Shown piece after piece: positions 57,656 through 64,000 of a DNA stretch of 64,000 bases (positions are counted from its first letter, which is position 1; each line of letters begins with the position of its first letter). The DNA comes from Neophaeotheca triangularis (lineage: Eukaryota). The notes beneath the pieces were generated by a model, which searched no databases, was not told the DNA's origin, and saw only the letters and a list, made by a program, of their open reading frames with translations. The position numbers and the translations under genes are program-made. The DNA is taken from NCBI GenBank assembly GCA_054600435.1, contig BAAIJX010000003.1:62001-126000 (forward strand), in the 5' to 3' direction.

Positions 57656-59143
57656 ATGGCCATCTCTAGGAAGCGCAAACAATCCGTCGACATAGCAACG
57701 CCCGATAAACAGTCCAATGGTCAAAAAGGAATCCAAACATTCGGCGGCATCAGCAAGTCGCACGTCGTCGACGACGTCTCGAAGAAGCAGAAAATAGTCC
57801 ATCAGCGACAAGCAACTCCTCAAGCGGCCGAAGAAACACCCGTAGCGACAGGCAAAGGCGATCGCAAGAGGAAAAGGCAGCTCGATGCGATAGCCGAGGA
57901 AGACGACAACGACGACGACGACGAATGTCAACCCTCAACCGAACGACCCAACTCGCGCGTCTTCAAGCAGTTTGGAGCTACCAAGGCTGCTACACCCCGC
58001 AACAAACGCTTCAAGAATGCTCTACCGCCGTCGCCCAAGGACACTCCAACAAAAGGCACTTTGTCGCTGTTCGACAAGCTGAATTTGCGATCTTCGTCCC
58101 CCAGCATACCTTCCTCTCCAACGAAACAGCATACCGCCTACGACACACCGCCACTTACACCAGACGAGGAGAGTCTTGCCAGCGAGCCCGATCTTCCAGC
58201 TCCACTGAGCGATCTCTACAACCTCAACGCCGCCTTCTTGTCCGCGCTGTCTCTCTATTACGCCCACAATGGCACCTCAAGCTCAGTTGATGTAGAGATG
58301 CTCCTACCGATGATCACAAGAAGCTGGAAGAGACGAGCGGTAACACTAGATGACCTACGCAGAATCCTTGCCGTGGGAGAGCGGGCCTATACTTTAGAGG
58401 ATCGAGGGCGAGCTGGTCTCTCCCTCTGCCCCATCCAGCCTCGCGGCCGCACCATCAAGCGCTCTGCCAGCTTCATTGACGAACGCACTCAAAATGTCCG
58501 CTTCGAGCAAGCCCTCACTAAAAGCTTTGTGCACTGGCAAGCCAAAACCGCCATCGAGAACCGCGAGCCCAACCGCTTCGTCGCTGAGCTTCCGCTAGCC
58601 GACATCATCCAAACCGAGTCGACGCAACAAGTCGCGCCCATCTTCGCCCGAGGCCAACAACGCCTCGCAGACCTCAAAGCCGGCCAAGCAGCCGCGCGAG
58701 CAGAAAAACCCATCCCAACAACCCTACAGAAGTCCTCGCAATCCACTACCCCAACCTCCCGCGGCACCTCCCTCCTCGACCGCATCCTAGCCAAGCAAGC
58801 CCACGCCGCCTCCCTCCCGTCGGGCCCTTCCAAGACCGAACTCGACCGCAAAACAGCCCTCCACCGCGTCGAAGAAGTCTCTCGTGTTCTCGAACTCCTC
58901 GCTTCCGGCCGCCCACGTGCGAGTTTTAGTATGCAAGCCGTGGTCCAGCATTTGCAGCAGAGCTTGCGGTCGCCGATTAGCCGAGAGGAGGCGGAGAGGT
59001 GTTTGGAGCTTATGGCCGGGGAGGTCTGTCCCGGGTTCGTGAAGGTGGTGAAGGGGGCAAGTGTTTCGGGGGTTCTGGTTACAAAGGGTGGGAGGGTCGG
59101 ACCGGGGGAGTTGACGGAGAGGTTGAAGGGGCTTGGGCTGTGA
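57656..59143 (+). CDS. CDT1: DNA replication licensing factor Cdt1-like
   Basis: AFLSALSLYYAHNG, WKRRAVTLDDLRRIL, SRGTSLLDRILAKQ and LQQSLRSPISREEAERCLELMA. First suitable ATG 57656. Confidence 0.85.
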   Translation: MAISRKRKQSVDIATPDKQSNGQKGIQTFGGISKSHVVDDVSKKQKIVHQRQATPQAAEETPVATGKGDRKRKRQLDAIAEEDDNDDDDECQPSTERPNSRVFKQFGATKAATPRNKRFKNALPPSPKDTPTKGTLSLFDKLNLRSSSPSIPSSPTKQHTAYDTPPLTPDEESLASEPDLPAPLSDLYNLNAAFLSALSLYYAHNGTSSSVDVEMLLPMITRSWKRRAVTLDDLRRILAVGERAYTLEDRGRAGLSLCPIQPRGRTIKRSASFIDERTQNVRFEQALTKSFVHWQAKTAIENREPNRFVAELPLADIIQTESTQQVAPIFARGQQRLADLKAGQAAARAEKPIPTTLQKSSQSTTPTSRGTSLLDRILAKQAHAASLPSGPSKTELDRKTALHRVEEVSRVLELLASGRPRASFSMQAVVQHLQQSLRSPISREEAERCLELMAGEVCPGFVKVVKGASVSGVLVTKGGRVGPGELTERLKGLGL

Positions 59144-59487
59144 TTGGCGTGGAAGTGATGGTTGGTGAATTTGGGAAGTTTCGCCTTGGTCTAGAGAAAC
59201 AGACGAAGGGCGAGGTGGTTTCGCTGGGCGTGGTTTTGCTTCGAGCTTTATACCTTGGGTTTGGCTATTTCCTACTCTATTGCTGGGTCTTTAGGCTAGA
59301 AGAGTACAGTAGTCGTATGTATGATACTGCGCCAGCTCGCCGTGATGCCATTTCTACACCAGTCTCGTCACCACGCATAGCGAGCACGTGTATGTGCAAG
59401 GCACTTTTTGAGAATTCAGAACGACGAGTAGACTGCCAAAGATTGACCGAACATCTCTGAGCCATAAAGAATAACATCCCCACAACA

Positions 59488-61476
59488 CTACTTGGCCAAA
59501 AAGCTCTGAAAAGCCTTATTATCAATCGCCACATTCCCGACGGCCCTCAACTTCTTCCTCCCCTCCTTCTGCTTCTCCAAAAGCTTCCGTCGTCGGGAAA
59601 CATCACTGGCATGCAACTTCTGCAGCACATCTTTCCGAAAAGGCTTCAGCGTCTCGCGAGCGACAACCTTCTTGCCGGCGACCGCCTGGATGACGACCTC
59701 GAACATCTGCCTGTCGACGTGTTCCTTGAACTTCTTGACCCAGGCTTTGCCGACGCTCTCGGCTTGCGAGACGTGGATGACGCGCGCCACGGCGTCGACG
59801 GGCGCTTTGTTGACGTAGAGTTGCAGTTTGGTGATTTGCGATTTGCGGTAGCCGGCGTCTTCGTAGTCGAGGGAGGCGTAGCCTTTTGTGGTGGATTTGA
59901 GTTTGCCGAAGAAGTCGTCCACGAGGCGTTCGAGCGGGAGCAGGTATTTGAGGATGACTTGGGTGGCGGTGAAGAAGGTGAGGGAATCTTGTTGACCGCG
60001 GTTCAGTTCGCAGAGTTCGATGACTTTGCCAAGGTAGTCTTCTGGGAGTGTTATGGTGGCCGTGATGTAGGGTTCTTCGAGCGAGGAGAGTGTTTGGTGT
60101 GTGTTTTGCACGTCCGGGAAGTCGTTGGGGTTGCTGATGATTTCGGATTTGCCCGAGCGCCAGTTGACCTGGAAGGGGACGGAGGGGGGCGTGATGATGA
60201 TGCTGGCGCCGTGTTCTTGCCGCAAGCGGTCTTCGAAGACGGAGCAGTGGAGGGTACCTAGAAAGCCGAGCCGCCAGCCTGCGCCGAGGGCTTCGCTGCT
60301 TTCCTTGGTCACTGTTACGGAGCGGTCGTTGAGGGTGAGCTGGTTGATGCTGTCTTCGAGCCGGCTGAAGTCGCCTTGGTCGGTGGGGAAAGCGGCCACG
60401 AAGACCATGCTTTGCGGTTCAACAAAGCCGGGGAGGGGTTCGACGTTCTTTTCGTTGCCGATCGTGGTGAGGGTGTCGCCGACTTTGGCTTCTTTGCTGC
60501 GCTTCATGCCGGGGTTGAAGTAGATGTAGCCGACTTGCCCGGCTCGAAGGCTCGTCTGTGGTGTCTCCAAGGGGTACATGATGCCGACTTCGCCGATGGT
60601 GTACTGCAGTCTTGTTGCGAATGACATGATCTTGTCGCCTGCCTTGATCCTGCCCTCGAAGATTCTGACTAGCAGGATAACGCCACGATAGTTGTCGTAC
60701 CAGCTGTCCACGAGTAGAATCTTAGGCGGGGCATTATCGTCGCCAACGGGCGCGGGTATGTCATCTATAATAGACGGCAGGAGCTTCTCAACATTCAGAC
60801 CCGTCTTTGCAGAAACACCAACAGCGTTACTCGAGTCAATTTCAAACGTGTCCCTCAACTGCTCCAGAACACGCGGTACTTCAGCAGACGGCAGGTCGAT
60901 TTTGTTCAACACCGGAACCAGCGCCAGGTTCTGCGCAAATGCCAGGTAGAAGTTTGCCACCGTCTGCGCTTGCACACCCTGCGAGGCATCCACCAGCAGC
61001 AAGGCACCACCACAAGAAGCATAACTCCTGCTGACCTCGGCCCTGAAGTCCACATGTCCCGGCGTATCGACCAAATGCAGCAGATAATCCTCGCCCTTGT
61101 GGTTGTAAATCATAGAGCACGTCTGCGCTTTAACAGTGATGCCTCGTTCGCGTTCGACATCAAGCTTGTCCAGAATCTGCTTCTTGCCCCCCTTCTCGAT
61201 CGTCCCCGTGAGCTCCAGCAAGCGGTCCGATAGCGTAGACTTGCCATGATCGACGTGCGCGACTATGCAAAAGTTGCGGAAGCGGTCAATGGGAATGGCG
61301 GCGATGCGTTTCTCGAGCTCAGATTGCACTCTCACGGGGCCGGCGTGGCGCTGGGTGGAGGACGTGAAGCTTCTGAAGAAGCCATATCGGCGTTCCACAA
61401 GGCTTCTGGCTTGGGCTTCGTGTTGGTGGCTCAAGATTCGTAGAATGCTACGTGACGTCTGGTAGCATGGTCGCAT
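59488..61476 (-). CDS. GUF1: Mitochondrial translation factor Guf1 (LepA/EF-4 GTPase)
   Basis: [52 protein letters not shown] and KLLEKQKEG, with an Arg-rich presequence. Confidence 0.97.
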   Translation of the reverse strand: MRPCYQTSRSILRILSHQHEAQARSLVERRYGFFRSFTSSTQRHAGPVRVQSELEKRIAAIPIDRFRNFCIVAHVDHGKSTLSDRLLELTGTIEKGGKKQILDKLDVERERGITVKAQTCSMIYNHKGEDYLLHLVDTPGHVDFRAEVSRSYASCGGALLLVDASQGVQAQTVANFYLAFAQNLALVPVLNKIDLPSAEVPRVLEQLRDTFEIDSSNAVGVSAKTGLNVEKLLPSIIDDIPAPVGDDNAPPKILLVDSWYDNYRGVILLVRIFEGRIKAGDKIMSFATRLQYTIGEVGIMYPLETPQTSLRAGQVGYIYFNPGMKRSKEAKVGDTLTTIGNEKNVEPLPGFVEPQSMVFVAAFPTDQGDFSRLEDSINQLTLNDRSVTVTKESSEALGAGWRLGFLGTLHCSVFEDRLRQEHGASIIITPPSVPFQVNWRSGKSEIISNPNDFPDVQNTHQTLSSLEEPYITATITLPEDYLGKVIELCELNRGQQDSLTFFTATQVILKYLLPLERLVDDFFGKLKSTTKGYASLDYEDAGYRKSQITKLQLYVNKAPVDAVARVIHVSQAESVGKAWVKKFKEHVDRQMFEVVIQAVAGKKVVARETLKPFRKDVLQKLHASDVSRRRKLLEKQKEGRKKLRAVGNVAIDNKAFQSFLAK

Positions 61477-61713
61477 GAGGGGTCACGGGACTGGCATGGT
61501 ATTCTAAAAAGGTCCAACAATTCGTTCTGCCTTCGTTGAGAGGCCATCCCTATCTCAAACTTATCTGCCAAGACTTTCTTATCGCGCTGTCACTCCGCCA
61601 ACCGCATCGAGTAAACACAGACTTCTGGCTGGCTGAGCGAGTACAGGTCAGACATCTTCACGCCGTCCAGACCATTCAATTGCCATAGGCCGAGACATCA
61701 AAAATCAAAGATC

Positions 61714-62608
61714 ATGCCCTCTGCAATGCCTCCACCAGCCACTGCACCCAAAGCCGCGTCGAAGACCTCCTCGTCAAGAAGCAAGGCCTCCTCCTCGAGC
61801 TCAAAATCGCAAACCCATAAACTTGCCCTCAGAGGCAGCGCCAAACTCGTCACCGAGTTCTTCGAGTACAGCGTCAACACCATCCTCTTCCAACGAGGTG
61901 TATATCCTGCGGAAGACTTCACGGCAGTCAAGAAATATGGACTGAACATGATGGTGTCGCTGGACGATCAGGTGAAAGCCTACATCAAGAAGATCATGCG
62001 GCAACTCAACAGCTGGATGAAGGAGAGCAAGATTAGCAAATTGGTGATTGTCATCACGAGCAAGGAGACTGGGGAGAATGTGGAAAGATGGCAGTTTGAT
62101 GTGAGTGGAGCTGTACAACGAGGCTAAGATTATGGGGGCACAGAGCGCAAGCTAACGGACGCCCGTCTAGGTCAACATCTTCAACGACTTGTCAAAACGC
62201 AAGGCCTCCGGCACAGGCGACAAAGAGAACAGCGCACCGACCGAACAACAACAAGCTCCACCACCGAGCGAGCAGGAAGAAGAAAAGTCCGAAGCCGAGA
62301 TCCAAGCAGACATTCAAGCGCTGTTCCGGCAAATCACCGCCTCCGTCACTTTTCTCCCAATGCTCGACGGCAATTGCACTTTCAACGTGCTGGTGTACGC
62401 AGACGAGGACAGTGACGTGCCGTTGGAATGGGGCGACAGCGATGCCAAAGAAGTCAAAAATGCCGAGAAGGTGATGCTGAGGAGCTTTTCGACAAACAGC
62501 CATCGTATCGATACTGTGGTCAGCTACAGGTGAGTTATGCGTTCGCTGCGTTTGAGGGTTGTGGAAGCCGGACGGAAAACTGACCTTTGCTGCAGGCTCG
62601 CCGACTGA
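61714..62608 (+). CDS. MAD2: Spindle checkpoint HORMA protein Mad2; introns 62101-62170 and 62530-62595
   Basis: LRGSAKLVTEFFEYSVNTILFQRGVYPAEDF, VERWQFD, RQITASVTFLP and LRSFSTNSHRIDTVVSYR. Confidence 0.96.
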
Positions 62609-64000
62609 GGTTGTGCTTTCATTCTCGTAGCATTTTACTTTCTATTAGGGCTGTTGGGGGCTTTCTGATGGTGTTTGGGAGATTGGCCAAGGCGTGCAAA
62701 ATGGCGGGACAACAGGGCAGGCTCACATTTGCAGCCGGTAACGTAGGAATTCTGAATATGGCGCAGTTTGGGGTTTTACAGCGGACGATAGTTGACACCG
62801 TATTTTTGGGGTCTCCTTTACAGCAATGCTCGTAACACGTTTGATACCACACGCACTGTCAGTTTCACACACAAGCACTTTTGAACTAGACGGATTAATT
62901 TTGTTGTTTTCGCCTGCGGTGTTTGAAGCGATAAGATGAGCTGACCTTGTCCGAGAGCCGTGCCCTCCTCGAGTCTTGCAAATTGCGCCTACATCTTCTG
63001 GACCTCTTCTCGACCTTACCTCATTCTAACATTCGCAGAACACTAAAATTTTCCATCCATCCCGCAGGCCATGGATGGCATCAGAGCACCGTCTCGCTCG
63101 GAGTGAATTCGCCCCGGTCCAAAAACCCGCTCGTATCTACCGTAGGGAAACCACCTTGGACCCCATTCGAGCCCGGCAGGGCATTGGACTCGCGCATTTC
63201 GCAGCGTCGCAGTTGACCCGCGCGGCTTGTTTGCCCTCCACGACAGGTGTAAAGGTGAGCCGGGGTCGTGTCCTTGAAACTGCTAGTGAGTGCCTCCCGT
63301 CCACGGTCTAGTGGAGGCTGTGATTGCGACCATCAATCGGCTGCTGGCTCTCGGCCGTCGCCTGAGATTTCGATGGGTTTCTTCGACGTCGCAGAGCTGG
63401 AATTTGCCTCGAAGGTTGACCAGTCTCGTCCGTTGGAAGCTGGGCTGACCTTTCCTCGAGCTCCTGGATGCGCTCGTCCAAGTCTCGGTCTAGTAAGGAA
63501 CAAGTCGACAGCCGCAGCCCTTTCTTCCTTGGGGCAGCAAGCACAGCACATGATTCCAAGGGCTCGCGATGGTCCGGATACTCAGACCCCGCTGCAGTAT
63601 GAACGATAGCATCGCATTGCTCGAGTCTAGCCAGCGAGATGCTGACCTTTTGCTACTCTCTCTCTCGGCAGTGAAGACTGGCGCTCTTCGCCTAATCTTT
63701 CTGGAACCGCTGACCAGGCCCGGCTTTTTGGAATTTCTTCACGGCATCAGGCGAGCGTTTCCATGGTACGGCAACGAGCGCGGTTCCGTCCGTTTGGATT
63801 TCAGATCGGTTCTTTGGAATTCGTCACTCAAATGCGGGGTGGCAGTGCCTGCCGGGCGCGTCTTGGATTGTTCTTTTTTCCTACCACTACCGATGATCGG
63901 CGAGGATTGTTGTCGAGGGGGAGATGTGGACTGAGTGCAGTTGAAGTGGTGTGCTGTTATTATCATTATGTTTATTATTATTGACACTGGGTTGATAGTT

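Noticed and set aside
59611..60523. Plus-strand ORFs of 216 and 140 aa
   Set aside because: Antisense shadows of GUF1.
62940..64000. Fragmentary minus-strand ORFs at the window end
   Set aside because: Low-complexity pieces in different frames with no family motif; may be the 3' part of a gene or pseudogene starting outside the window, but cannot be supported.

Overview
Intron-containing genomic DNA from a filamentous ascomycete (Dothideomycete-like gene style; taxonomy is inference). Two GC-balanced gene regions flank a 14.3 kb AT-rich block (5514-19819) mutated by repeat-induced point mutation (RIP). The block resolves into a full-length Ty1/copia element (152-bp LTRs, ATTAG target-site duplication, half-tRNAiMet primer site). 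A full-length chromodomain Ty3/gypsy element is nested inside it (223-bp LTRs, GTTTC target-site duplication, self-priming-type primer site). Both retroelements appear to carry, between pol and the 3' LTR, an antisense intron-containing gene for a Cys-rich putative zinc-binding protein. It is DUF3716-like in the copia and a different six-Cys motif in the gypsy. A small secreted six-Cys protein with a Kex2 site starts about 0.4 kb from the copia LTR and is an effector candidate. The rest encodes a carboxylesterase, Iec3, a Nop13-like RRM protein, Mbf1, three C2H2 transcription factors, a kinase, a GH76 with a long repeat tail, a purine nucleoside permease, a divergent CoA-ligase/crotonase pair with PTS1-like ends, a DUF1365 protein, Cdt1, Guf1, Mad2 and neutral trehalase, which has a 138-codon in-frame extension behind its stop. 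All family calls come from motif recognition by eye, with no database search. Splice sites and reconstructed pre-RIP sequences are manual inferences.
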